From Candidatus Babeliales bacterium (GTDB lineage Bacteria > Babelota > Babeliae > Babelales > JBFXEV01), in assembly GCA_963716425.1 (NCBI GenBank), contig OY970310.1:1670807-1734806 (forward strand): a DNA stretch of 64,000 bases, given 5' to 3'. The notes beneath the pieces were generated by a model that was not told the DNA's origin, searched no databases, and was given only the letters and a program-made list of their open reading frames with translations. Below are positions 28,631 through 37,012 of this stretch, piece by piece; position 1 is the stretch's first letter; every line of letters starts with the position of its first letter. The position numbers and the translations under genes are program-made.

Positions 28631-29043
28631 GACACCATCCTTAGAGTATGTTGCCTTTTACGCTCATCTTGCCAAAGAGCAGTAACTACTTTTTGTTCAA
28701 CAACAACTGGTTTGCCCACAAGAGATGAAAGCTCAAGAATCTCTTTCTTATGAATCATCACCTGAATTGTTGGCGCACTCATGCCAGCAGTATCTTTGCT
28801 ACCTTCCCCAAGTACAAATTCTGTTGCAATAAGGTCAAGAGCTTCAAAACGCTTGATTGCCTGGTGTTGCCAGTGTACACTAAGCACGTGAAATGCGGTG
28901 ACAAGGAGCAATAATACTCCCAGCACAAGAAGGCCTTGGAGTAATTCAATACAAAGGAACCCTTCCTGGGGTTTTGTGGCTCTTTGCCAAAAAAGCTGAT
29001 TTCTGGTAAAATTAATATTAGACATACTTAATGCCGTCCCCAA
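28627..29043 (-). CDS. type IV pilin-like / T2SS minor pseudopilin (138 aa; start may be ATG 29025)
   Basis: Prepilin motif PQEG-FLCIELLQGLLVLGVLLLLV (Gly, Phe+1, Glu+5). First gene of a three-gene translationally coupled operon. Confidence 0.7.
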   Translation of the reverse strand: MGTALSMSNINFTRNQLFWQRATKPQEGFLCIELLQGLLVLGVLLLLVTAFHVLSVHWQHQAIKRFEALDLIATEFVLGEGSKDTAGMSAPTIQVMIHKKEILELSSLVGKPVVVEQKVVTALWQDERKRQHTLRMVS

Positions 29044-29091
29044 ATGCTGGATGGTATAACTCCACCCTCTTACCTTAACATGAGGAATTTA

Positions 29092-31455
29092 ATGAAAAAA
29101 ATATTTGCTCTTTTTACCCAGTCATTACTGGCTCTACTACTGACTATCACCCCTCTCTTTTCTCCTTCATTGTTTGCTGCTCCCAACGAGGCTGAAAATT
29201 TGGAAGCTTGGGCAAAGATGTATGAAGACATGAACCAGGCGTCTGGTGGTGAAATTGAAAAATTAATGAAAGATATGGAACAAAGTGGTGAGCTTGATGC
29301 GCTTATGAAAGAGCTTGAGCAAAGTGGTGAACTTGATAAAATACGTGATTCTATGGTCAAAACCACACCACAAGAATATCTTGAAACGCTCGAGCGCGAA
29401 CTTGCAACAGACAAAGAAACTGCTGCTCAAACACCCGTTACACAACCTACGGCAGCAACTACTAAGCCTTCTGTTCCTTCAGCGCCAATTTTACAAGTAG
29501 ATAAGAGCAAGCTTAAACAAGTACAAGCGCTCTTGAATTCGATTGTTTCCAAGATTGCAGCAATTAGACAAAAAGCAGCAGTGCGTACTTCAGTACAAAA
29601 AGAATTAAATCCTTGGGATTTTAACTTAACAGACCTTACCTATTATCTCACCATTATTCAAGATGATGCACTTGCAAAATATCTACAACAACCAGAGTTT
29701 GCAAATCTCTATAACAATTTGGTAGCGCTTAACAACAGCTTATCTATTGAAGAACCACGCCTTCAGGTTGAAGAAGCGCTTGAAGTGGGCTTTGAAGATC
29801 CTTATATCACTCTAGGATTTGCAACTTCAAGTGTTTCCAAAGCTCAAGCTGATAAACGGTATGAAGAGCTGGCACGGCAAAAGAATCCATTTGCCATTAA
29901 AGATTCATTAAAAAGAGCTGGGCTATCGCCCGAAGAAGTTGACGTTCAATTCAAGAACGCTCAACGAGAATATGACCAACTCTTTGATGCCTATAAACGG
30001 ATTGAACAAAAAGAGACTTCAGCACAAGCATTCCTCGCCATTTTACAAGCTCTCCATAAGGCAATATATAAAGATATGGTTATTGAAGATACCAAAAAAT
30101 TATTGCGCCAATATGACCCAGAAGCATTAAAGATTAAGGAAGCTCAAGAAGTAAAAGAAAAAGAAGCTCGCGATTACCGAGCGCGCGTTGCAAGTCAAAA
30201 GCCAGAATATATTCCCCCGATCTTTGACTGGTCTTCATTTGGTGAAAAGAAAGCCCCAGAGATTAAGGCGCCAACCAAGCCAAGCAGTGGCGAATATCAG
30301 CGTAAGGAATATCCAGAATTTGACCATGAAAAAGGAAGAATTCAAGTGCCAAAACCGGAAAAGCCTGGTGAAAAAGGCAAAGACGGTAAAAAGAAAGAAG
30401 ATAAAAAAGAAGAGAAAAAAGACGGTAAGAAAGAAGAAGGGAAAAAGAAAGAAGGCGAAAAAGGTGAAAAAGGCAAAGAAGAGAAGAAAAAAGAAGTAAA
30501 GCCTTCTGAAAAGAAAACGAACGATATTATTAAACAGATTGAAGCACTTACGCCAATTCTAAGTGCAATTCCTGATGCCTTTGGCGTTTTCTTTGGCAAT
30601 GCACCAATTGTTCGCCAAGCTACCGAAGAGGGCAGGCATATAAATGCTGTTAATGCAACCATAGAGCCTATGAAAAAGCTATCAACCGCCATTAGTGATC
30701 TTTCAAAGGAATTAAAAAATAATATTAAAAAGGCAAAAGATAAAGATGAGAAAGAGGCGGCAGAGAAGGAATTGGCAGAATGTCATAAAAAGATTCTAAA
30801 AGCCTTTAATGATAATATTGCAGAAAATAGTGCTCTCAAACCAATCATTGATAAGGTATTCAATAAAATTGATGATGCCGGAGATCCTACTAACATTAAG
30901 CTTACTGCCGTGCAAAAGACGAACTACTTTACTGCTGCGCCAAATACGCCTAATTTAATGCAGAAATTCCAAGACACTTTTGGTGAGCTTTTCTTTGAAG
31001 CAAACAACACGTCTCCTCTTGAAATTAAATCTGAATTGAGTGCTGTGGGTGACATTATTAAGAAGAATAAAACGCAGCTTAACGACGTTTTTACTCCCGG
31101 AAACGGGATAGATCCTGTTACAGGACCAATCATTAAAGAGGTAGCAGAAAAACTAACTGCTATAGAGAAAGACATTGAAGAGAAAAAGAAGAAAAACGCT
31201 TCAACGCCGCTCGGACAGTTCTATAAATCAAGTCTAGAAACTGCTATAGCAGTAGGCCTAGAAGATATTTCACCGGTGCTTAAACAATATAAAAAGCTAA
31301 CAGTACCAGCTGACCCAACCAAGCCTGTTACTCGTGCAGGAGGTGCAAGTCTCCGCGTGGATGCTGCATACCGTAAACCATTAGAAGATATGGTAACTGC
31401 ATATACAAAAATTAAGAAGGATGCTTGGAAGGTGCCTAAGACTCCCTTTATATAA
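29092..31455 (+). CDS. large exported Lys/Glu-rich coiled-coil protein (787 aa)
   Basis: ATG 29092 is preceded by GAGGA. Signal peptide MKKIFALFTQSLLALLLTITPLFSPSLFAAPNE. Charged helical sequence throughout and a K/E/G low-complexity tract. No family recognised. It is divergent from the pseudopilin operon. Confidence 0.7.
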   Translation: MKKIFALFTQSLLALLLTITPLFSPSLFAAPNEAENLEAWAKMYEDMNQASGGEIEKLMKDMEQSGELDALMKELEQSGELDKIRDSMVKTTPQEYLETLERELATDKETAAQTPVTQPTAATTKPSVPSAPILQVDKSKLKQVQALLNSIVSKIAAIRQKAAVRTSVQKELNPWDFNLTDLTYYLTIIQDDALAKYLQQPEFANLYNNLVALNNSLSIEEPRLQVEEALEVGFEDPYITLGFATSSVSKAQADKRYEELARQKNPFAIKDSLKRAGLSPEEVDVQFKNAQREYDQLFDAYKRIEQKETSAQAFLAILQALHKAIYKDMVIEDTKKLLRQYDPEALKIKEAQEVKEKEARDYRARVASQKPEYIPPIFDWSSFGEKKAPEIKAPTKPSSGEYQRKEYPEFDHEKGRIQVPKPEKPGEKGKDGKKKEDKKEEKKDGKKEEGKKKEGEKGEKGKEEKKKEVKPSEKKTNDIIKQIEALTPILSAIPDAFGVFFGNAPIVRQATEEGRHINAVNATIEPMKKLSTAISDLSKELKNNIKKAKDKDEKEAAEKELAECHKKILKAFNDNIAENSALKPIIDKVFNKIDDAGDPTNIKLTAVQKTNYFTAAPNTPNLMQKFQDTFGELFFEANNTSPLEIKSELSAVGDIIKKNKTQLNDVFTPGNGIDPVTGPIIKEVAEKLTAIEKDIEEKKKKNASTPLGQFYKSSLETAIAVGLEDISPVLKQYKKLTVPADPTKPVTRAGGASLRVDAAYRKPLEDMVTAYTKIKKDAWKVPKTPFI
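30352..30516 (+). repeat. K/E/G low-complexity coding tract inside 29092..31455
   Basis: Encodes KPEKPGEKGKDGKKKEDKKEEKKDGKKEEGKKKEGEKGEKGKEEKKKEVKPSEKK. This purine-rich DNA generates the shadow ORFs 30188..30499(+) and 30342..30692(-). Confidence 0.9.
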
Positions 31456-31480
31456 TAATTAGACATATGCTCTAAATAAA

Positions 31481-31524
31481 GAAGGCACTTAGATTTTAAT
31501 CGATCTAAGTGCCTTCTCATTTTA
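31481..31524 (+). terminator. rho-independent terminator after 29092..31455
   Basis: Perfect 14-bp stem GAAGGCACTTAGAT/ATCTAAGTGCCTTC (31481-31494 / 31503-31516) with an 8-nt loop, followed by TCATTTT. Confidence 0.75.
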
Positions 31525-31610
31525 AAACTCTATGTAACCCTTGTGATTTTTATCATATCCACTGTACATTAAAAAGTACCTATATCATGTCAGTGGAGTA
31601 ATAATGTAAA

Positions 31611-32336
31611 ATGAAAAACGTTTCTCAATTTTTGTTTCTCTCCATTCTTTTAACACTGAGCGCCACAGCGTCCGCTATGCAACACACGTTCCCCCTTCAT
31701 CGAGCCGCGCAAAAAGACAATCGTTTTGGTATGCATGAATATCTATTATATCGTGATCCAGAAGAAGTAAACGCACTCAATGCAAAAGGCCTCACCCCAC
31801 TTATGGTAGCAGTTATCTACGGGCATCACCATGCAGTAGAAGACCTTGTTGATCTTCATAATGCAGATATAACGCGTGCAGGCCCGCAAGGAAAGACTGC
31901 GCTACATTATGCGGCATCTAAAGGACGTGGCAAACCAAAACATAGAAAAAAAATTGCATTCTTTCTCATGCAGCATGGCGCTTCTATTGACGCTCAAACG
32001 AACATTGGTATTACACCGCTCCATCAGGCGGTTATTGAAGGGCAAAATTGGATAGCAATAACGTTATTGAGCTTTGGTGCAAATAGATTGCTTCAAGATC
32101 TTGCAAGGAATACACCGGCTGATTATGCACAAGCAAAAAAGAATACCAAATTAATGGCTCATTTAACAGCTCTATTAATCGAAAAAAAAGTAGAAATTGG
32201 GGAGACACAAGATTTATCTGAAACTGCTGCTTGCAATAAATGTAAAATGCTCAGCACCATGCTCACCCAAGAAAACAAAAACCGTTCAACTTCAACTAGT
32301 GGCAAAAACGATCACATATCTTATGCTGCTGATTAA
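31611..32336 (+). CDS. ankyrin-repeat protein (241 aa)
   Basis: Leader MKNVSQFLFLSILLTLSATASAM-QH. ANK units NAKGLTPLMVAVIYGHHHAVEDLV, GPQGKTALHYAASKG and TNIGITPLHQAVIEGQNWIAITLLSFGAN. Confidence 0.9.
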   Translation: MKNVSQFLFLSILLTLSATASAMQHTFPLHRAAQKDNRFGMHEYLLYRDPEEVNALNAKGLTPLMVAVIYGHHHAVEDLVDLHNADITRAGPQGKTALHYAASKGRGKPKHRKKIAFFLMQHGASIDAQTNIGITPLHQAVIEGQNWIAITLLSFGANRLLQDLARNTPADYAQAKKNTKLMAHLTALLIEKKVEIGETQDLSETAACNKCKMLSTMLTQENKNRSTSTSGKNDHISYAAD

Positions 32337-32359
32337 CTTAATTAAGATCAATCAGCAGC
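32325..32359. terminator. hairpin between convergent genes (possible bidirectional terminator)
   Basis: 10-bp stem GCTGCTGATT/AATCAGCAGC (32325-32334 / 32350-32359) with a 15-nt loop containing TTAATTAA. The left arm overlaps the last codons of 31611..32336. There is no clear U-tract. Confidence 0.4.
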
Positions 32360-32378
32360 ATAGAGATGATATCAGTTT

Positions 32379-35300
32379 TCACGCATGACCTTCAAGCTTT
32401 GCCATTACGCCTTGGCAACGTGCACATAATTTGAGTGCATGATCAGTAACTTCATACTGCCAGCAGCGAGGGCACTTATCGCCGCTCGCTCTGTCAACAC
32501 GCACTTCTAAACCAGAAAGATCAAAGAAAAGATCTTCATCCTCTTCTTCATCTTCATCAAATTCATCTTCTTCATCAAAATCATCTTCTTCGTCGTCATA
32601 ATCGTCATCTTCGTAAAGATCATCTACTTCTGAAACAACGAAAAATTCTTTATAAAAGTCTTGTGATGTTTGACCAGTTTTTTCTAGATCATTCAAAAAT
32701 TCTTGTAGCATAGCCATTTCTTCTTGAGGTAAATTAAATTTAATCGTTAATGCAACTTCCAAAGGATGCTTAATTACTCCTAACTCCCTTTGCTTTTCAA
32801 TTGCTTTCATTACTAGAGACCGTATCTTAAACAACAGCGCCCACTGTTTTTGATGCCGTGCCCAAAATGCAATCTTATCAATCTTCTCTGCAGTTGGTGC
32901 AGAAACAATCCCCTTTTGCATCTTACTCATAAATGTAGTATAGCCATGACCCACCAATAAAGCTATCAGTGGCTCTATATGAGCAAAACCTTGCACATGG
33001 ATTGACTCGGTTTTATTCTTCTGGTACTCATCAGATACTTCTTCTGCAACAAATGACAATATAGGTGCCATCAGTTTAGTTAACATATCTAAAATATACC
33101 AACATGCAGTTTGCGCTGATCGTCGCTCATGAGATTGCGGATAGTCAGCATATAATCGGTCTTTGATTACATCCAAGTAAAACGCGCTCAACTCCACAGA
33201 ACAATATTCGGCTAACTCATGAAATATAGCAGTATAATTATAGCTATCATATGAGTTCTTTATCCTCTCATTAAACTGAGAGAGCACTAGCAACGCATGC
33301 TGGTCAATAAGCTGCAGATCTTGAACATTCACTGCGTCTTTAGCTATGTCAAAGTCATATAAGTTGCCGAGCAAGAATCTGCATGAGTTCCTTACTTTAC
33401 GATATACTTGAGCTACGTTTTTCATTAACTTTTCAGACACTACCGCGTCATCACCGTAATCCAAACTTGCAACCCACAATCTGAGTCCATCGGTTCCCAA
33501 CTGCTTGATAATATCTTGGGGTTCAACACCATTGCCACGAGACTTGGACATTTTATGCCCTTTCTCGTCCACCGTAAACCCATGGGCCATAAACGCCTTG
33601 GTGCACGGTGACCCTTCTACTACCAAGCTGGTAAGAAGTGAACTCTGGAACCACGCCCTGTATTGGTCAATTCCCTCCAAATAGAGATCAGCAGGATACC
33701 TTAATTTTGGATCTTTCTCAAGTACTGCATAATGGCTCACACCCGATTCAAACCAAACATCAATGATATCCGTCTCTTTTTGAAGATTGGTACCTTTACA
33801 TTCTGGGCATTGGAGCGATTTTGTCAATTGTTCTACAGAAACTTTTTGCCAATAGGTAATGCCTTCTTGGTGCACCTTATCTGCAACAGCTTCAATCATC
33901 CCTTTATCAATAAAGGCATAATCACAGCTTTTGCAAAGCAAGGCAGGAATTGGCACACCCCATGTCCGTTGCCTTGATAAACACCACTCCAAGCGATTTT
34001 CAATAGTCGCCCGCAATGACTGCTTGCCGGTGGCAGGCATAAAGGCTATCTGATTTTCAACTGCTTCAAGTGCTCGTTGTTTTAAATTTTTATGCTCTAA
34101 GCTGCAGAACCATTGCTTGGTCGCTCTGAACATGAGTCCATTATGGCAACGCCAACAATGGGGGTAAGAGTGACGTATTGATTCCTTTACAAAGAGTGTG
34201 CCTATTTCAGACATTCTTTTGAGCACCCACCACTGACCATCATCAATGGACATGCCCTGCAGCTCTGGGGGACGAATACCTTGGGTATACTTGCCATCAG
34301 GGCTTAAGGGTGAATATATTTCTAATTTATTTTTTATTGCTACATCATAATCTTGCGGTCCACACCCTGGCGCACAGTGAACAATGGCAGTTCCCTCATC
34401 TGTGCCCACCATAGTATCCAAAATCACGGGAACTTGCTGACCCTCAATAAAAGGATGATCAACCAAAAGGCCTGCAAGCTCTTCTGCCAGAAACTGGGCA
34501 ACCACGTTCTTTTTGATCTCTGCTTTTGCACATACGGCATCGGCAAGAGCTGAACCGACTATATAATAATGGCCTTCATGCTCAAGCACTGCGTAGGGGG
34601 TTTTTGGCTTCATAAGCACAGCACGGTTCAATGGAAGCGTCCAAGGGGTAGTAGTCCATACCAAGAGACTTACGGGCTTACCTTCAAGCGTTGGCAATGC
34701 TTTTTTGATTGTCGCATCAGGCAACGGGAACCGTACATAGACTGATGGGTCCTTACGCTCCTGATATTCAATTTCAGCCGCAGCAAGAACCGTCTGACAA
34801 GAATAACACCAAGGCACCGTGCGCAGTTTGCGCTCAATGTATCCTTGGGCTACAAATGAGGCAAATGCCCGCAATATATCAGCCTCATATGGATAGTCCA
34901 TGGTCATGCGGGGATGATCCCAATCAAAAATGACCCCAAGCTGTTTAAATTCGTCACTTTGAATCTTCACCCATTTATGGGCATAAACTCTGCATGCCTC
35001 TATAAAAGAGGTGCCGGTAAGGCCTGGATGCTCTTGCGTTACTTTTAATTCAATAGGCAAGCCATGGCAGTCCCATACGGGGATGGTGGGCACGTGATAC
35101 CCTGCCATACGGCGTGATTTACAGGTAATATCTTTTAAAATTTTATTGTAGGCATGACCTAAATGAATATGCCCATTAGAATAGGGAGGACCATCATTCA
35201 AAATATACTTTTCTTTCCCAGCATTGCATTCCATGGCTTGTTGGTATAAACCTTCATCTTGCCATCTTTGTAGCATTTTCTGGTCATCTTGTGCATGGGA

Positions 35301-35387
35301 CGGATAAATAGGAAAGTTAGTCTTTGGTAAATTAAGACTATCTTTAAAACTATTTTCTTGGCTTTTTGAACTCTGTATCTCTGACAT
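32379..35387 (-). CDS. ileS: isoleucyl-tRNA synthetase
   Basis: Class I motifs PPYSNGHIHLGHAYNK (HIGH) and HKMSKSRGN (KMSKS). WCYSCQT editing/CP1 context and a C-terminal zinc knuckle CPRCW...CARC. 1002 aa. Confidence 0.95.
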   Translation of the reverse strand: MSEIQSSKSQENSFKDSLNLPKTNFPIYPSHAQDDQKMLQRWQDEGLYQQAMECNAGKEKYILNDGPPYSNGHIHLGHAYNKILKDITCKSRRMAGYHVPTIPVWDCHGLPIELKVTQEHPGLTGTSFIEACRVYAHKWVKIQSDEFKQLGVIFDWDHPRMTMDYPYEADILRAFASFVAQGYIERKLRTVPWCYSCQTVLAAAEIEYQERKDPSVYVRFPLPDATIKKALPTLEGKPVSLLVWTTTPWTLPLNRAVLMKPKTPYAVLEHEGHYYIVGSALADAVCAKAEIKKNVVAQFLAEELAGLLVDHPFIEGQQVPVILDTMVGTDEGTAIVHCAPGCGPQDYDVAIKNKLEIYSPLSPDGKYTQGIRPPELQGMSIDDGQWWVLKRMSEIGTLFVKESIRHSYPHCWRCHNGLMFRATKQWFCSLEHKNLKQRALEAVENQIAFMPATGKQSLRATIENRLEWCLSRQRTWGVPIPALLCKSCDYAFIDKGMIEAVADKVHQEGITYWQKVSVEQLTKSLQCPECKGTNLQKETDIIDVWFESGVSHYAVLEKDPKLRYPADLYLEGIDQYRAWFQSSLLTSLVVEGSPCTKAFMAHGFTVDEKGHKMSKSRGNGVEPQDIIKQLGTDGLRLWVASLDYGDDAVVSEKLMKNVAQVYRKVRNSCRFLLGNLYDFDIAKDAVNVQDLQLIDQHALLVLSQFNERIKNSYDSYNYTAIFHELAEYCSVELSAFYLDVIKDRLYADYPQSHERRSAQTACWYILDMLTKLMAPILSFVAEEVSDEYQKNKTESIHVQGFAHIEPLIALLVGHGYTTFMSKMQKGIVSAPTAEKIDKIAFWARHQKQWALLFKIRSLVMKAIEKQRELGVIKHPLEVALTIKFNLPQEEMAMLQEFLNDLEKTGQTSQDFYKEFFVVSEVDDLYEDDDYDDEEDDFDEEDEFDEDEEEDEDLFFDLSGLEVRVDRASGDKCPRCWQYEVTDHALKLCARCQGVMAKLEGHA

Positions 35388-35512
35388 CTGTATCCTTGCG
35401 TGGCTTCATGTAAATATACTATAAGTCTGCCAGAAACAACACAATATCTCAAGAAAATTTGAGCTCCAGGAGCCCATAATGAAATAATTTCAGAATGAAT
35501 TAATTGATTGGG

Positions 35513-35953
35513 TTACAGGTCTTTACTATGCTGTGCGCCAGCACGCGCAAGAATATTGTACATATGAGTACCTTTTCCTGCGTAATCAAGGGGTGTCAGC
35601 CCAAGCGCATCCGTTTCATTAAGGCGAGAACGAGAAGAGATGAGAATCTGAAGAAAATCTTCATTTAATTGGTCCGGATCATCATTGGGTGAACCATTTA
35701 CTGGCCGTCTCTGCACATTCAACTCACCACCATAAATTACAAATCTATGTATACGGTTTTGAGCTGGGACAATAAGACCCCTATTCCTTATGCATTCGCC
35801 TGGCCAGCGGGTTTTGAGGCATTCCTGTACCCGAAAATCTAGTGTCATCATGTAGTAATCATTAATTTGACTAGCTTTAAGCGACCTTATAATCCCACAA
35901 GATATAAGCATTAAAGCACATGCAACAATGGCATAAAATTGTTTAATATTCAC
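35513..35953 (-). CDS. small lipoprotein-like protein with one C-terminal ANK repeat (146 aa)
   Basis: GTG start preceded by AAGGG. The N-terminus ...ALMLISCG is lipobox-like (LISC). C-terminal DALGLTPLDYAGKGTHMYNILARAGAQ. Confidence 0.6.
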   Translation of the reverse strand: MNIKQFYAIVACALMLISCGIIRSLKASQINDYYMMTLDFRVQECLKTRWPGECIRNRGLIVPAQNRIHRFVIYGGELNVQRRPVNGSPNDDPDQLNEDFLQILISSRSRLNETDALGLTPLDYAGKGTHMYNILARAGAQHSKDL

Positions 35954-36155
35954 TGTAGACCCTTTTTTGGCTTAAATAAAGCCTTTTTTCTACTTTTAGC
36001 ATACTAAAATTGGGAGCCAAAAAGCAATAATAGGGTAGATAAACACTAAGCGCGTAGAATATCAAGCCACCCAGCATTAGAGATCTTCATCATTTGGGGT
36101 GTAAAATCACAGTGATATACATATCAATACAACATACATTCACTATGGTTTTACT

Positions 36156-36458
36156 TTACTTTCTTCCGGGTCTAACATTTTTTGGGATCATATATCTGAG
36201 AAACATCTTTTCATTAGTTTCATTTTTAAACACCGTTAACTGTTTTGAATCAAATTTATATCGATCAAATAGACCCATAAGATCTATCAAATCGTGCTTA
36301 GGAATATTATTTGAGTCAACATATACATGCAACTTTCGACCAAAGCCTTTATAATCTTTAACGGATTTAATTTTGTCAAGCCAACCAAACATTAAGTCTT
36401 CATCATTTTGAGAGTAAAAGCGTAGCGGCGTACATATTAAAACAACTTCTTTTTTCAT
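36156..36458 (-). CDS. small leaderless protein, paralog 2 (candidate spare immunity protein, 100 aa)
   Basis: SD AAGGAA. About 30% identical to 36696..37007, sharing V.LIC...RFY...DED..F.W...I.S...G.G...H..V...LF.RY..D..QL.VF.NE.N. Its last 8 codons resemble the Hint-protein tail. Confidence 0.6.
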   Translation of the reverse strand: MKKEVVLICTPLRFYSQNDEDLMFGWLDKIKSVKDYKGFGRKLHVYVDSNNIPKHDLIDLMGLFDRYKFDSKQLTVFKNETNEKMFLRYMIPKNVRPGRK

Positions 36459-36467
36459 AATATTTCC

Positions 36468-36524
36468 TTATCTTTTTCCGGTTCTAATATGCCCATTAGG
36501 ATATACATTATCATACGCGGATGG
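36468..36524 (-). pseudogene. orphan remnant of the Hint-protein 3' tail
   Basis: My translation gives (stop)PSAYDNVYPNGHIRTGKR(stop), compared with the tail of 37013..37702, ...SEDDYVNVYPNGHIRQGKRK(stop). About 50 nt of clear nucleotide similarity (ATATG[T/C]CCATTAGGATA[A/T]ACATT). It sits just upstream of paralog 2. Confidence 0.7.
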
Positions 36525-36695
36525 CTATTTTCAAGTCTCGAAGGAATAAAATATTATAATCAACTTTTACATTTGATGCTGTAAAATTTGTGGGATAATC
36601 GACGCAAAATGAATTAGTAAATGAAGCAAAGCCGCCCGGCGATTGAACTTACAGTTTTTTCCCATAGTTTTGCTTTACAAAAATTTAAAGTCAAG

Positions 36696-37007
36696 TTATT
36701 GAATCCTTTTTGCCAACCACTCTTTATTCTCTTCATTCAAAAACACTCTCAACTGATGTGTGTCAATAAGATATCGACGAAACAAGGCTAATATATTTTC
36801 AACATCATCGGGCCCCATTTCATCCTCCGTTACAAAAAGATGCATCTCATCACCAACTCCGCTAAATTGCGTAATTGAAGGAATACGTTTTATCCATTCA
36901 AAAAAAACATCTTCATCCAATAGTGCATAAAACCTAACTCTTTTACATATTAATTTAACATTTTTCTTGATCTTAGGATCATGCATATCATCAATGTGCT
37001 TTTTCAT
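36696..37007 (-). CDS. small leaderless protein, paralog 1 (candidate cognate immunity protein, 103 aa)
   Basis: The ATG lies 5 nt after the stop of the Hint-domain gene, with an SD inside that gene's 3' end. No signal peptide. Paralogous to 36156..36458. Confidence 0.6.
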   Translation of the reverse strand: MKKHIDDMHDPKIKKNVKLICKRVRFYALLDEDVFFEWIKRIPSITQFSGVGDEMHLFVTEDEMGPDDVENILALFRRYLIDTHQLRVFLNEENKEWLAKRIQ

Positions 37008-37012
37008 TTTTT

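Noticed and set aside
35969-35989. GGCTT/AAGCC hairpin with flanking T-runs upstream of 35513..35953.
   Set aside because: The 5-bp stem is too weak. It is oriented as a + strand terminator where no + strand gene ends.
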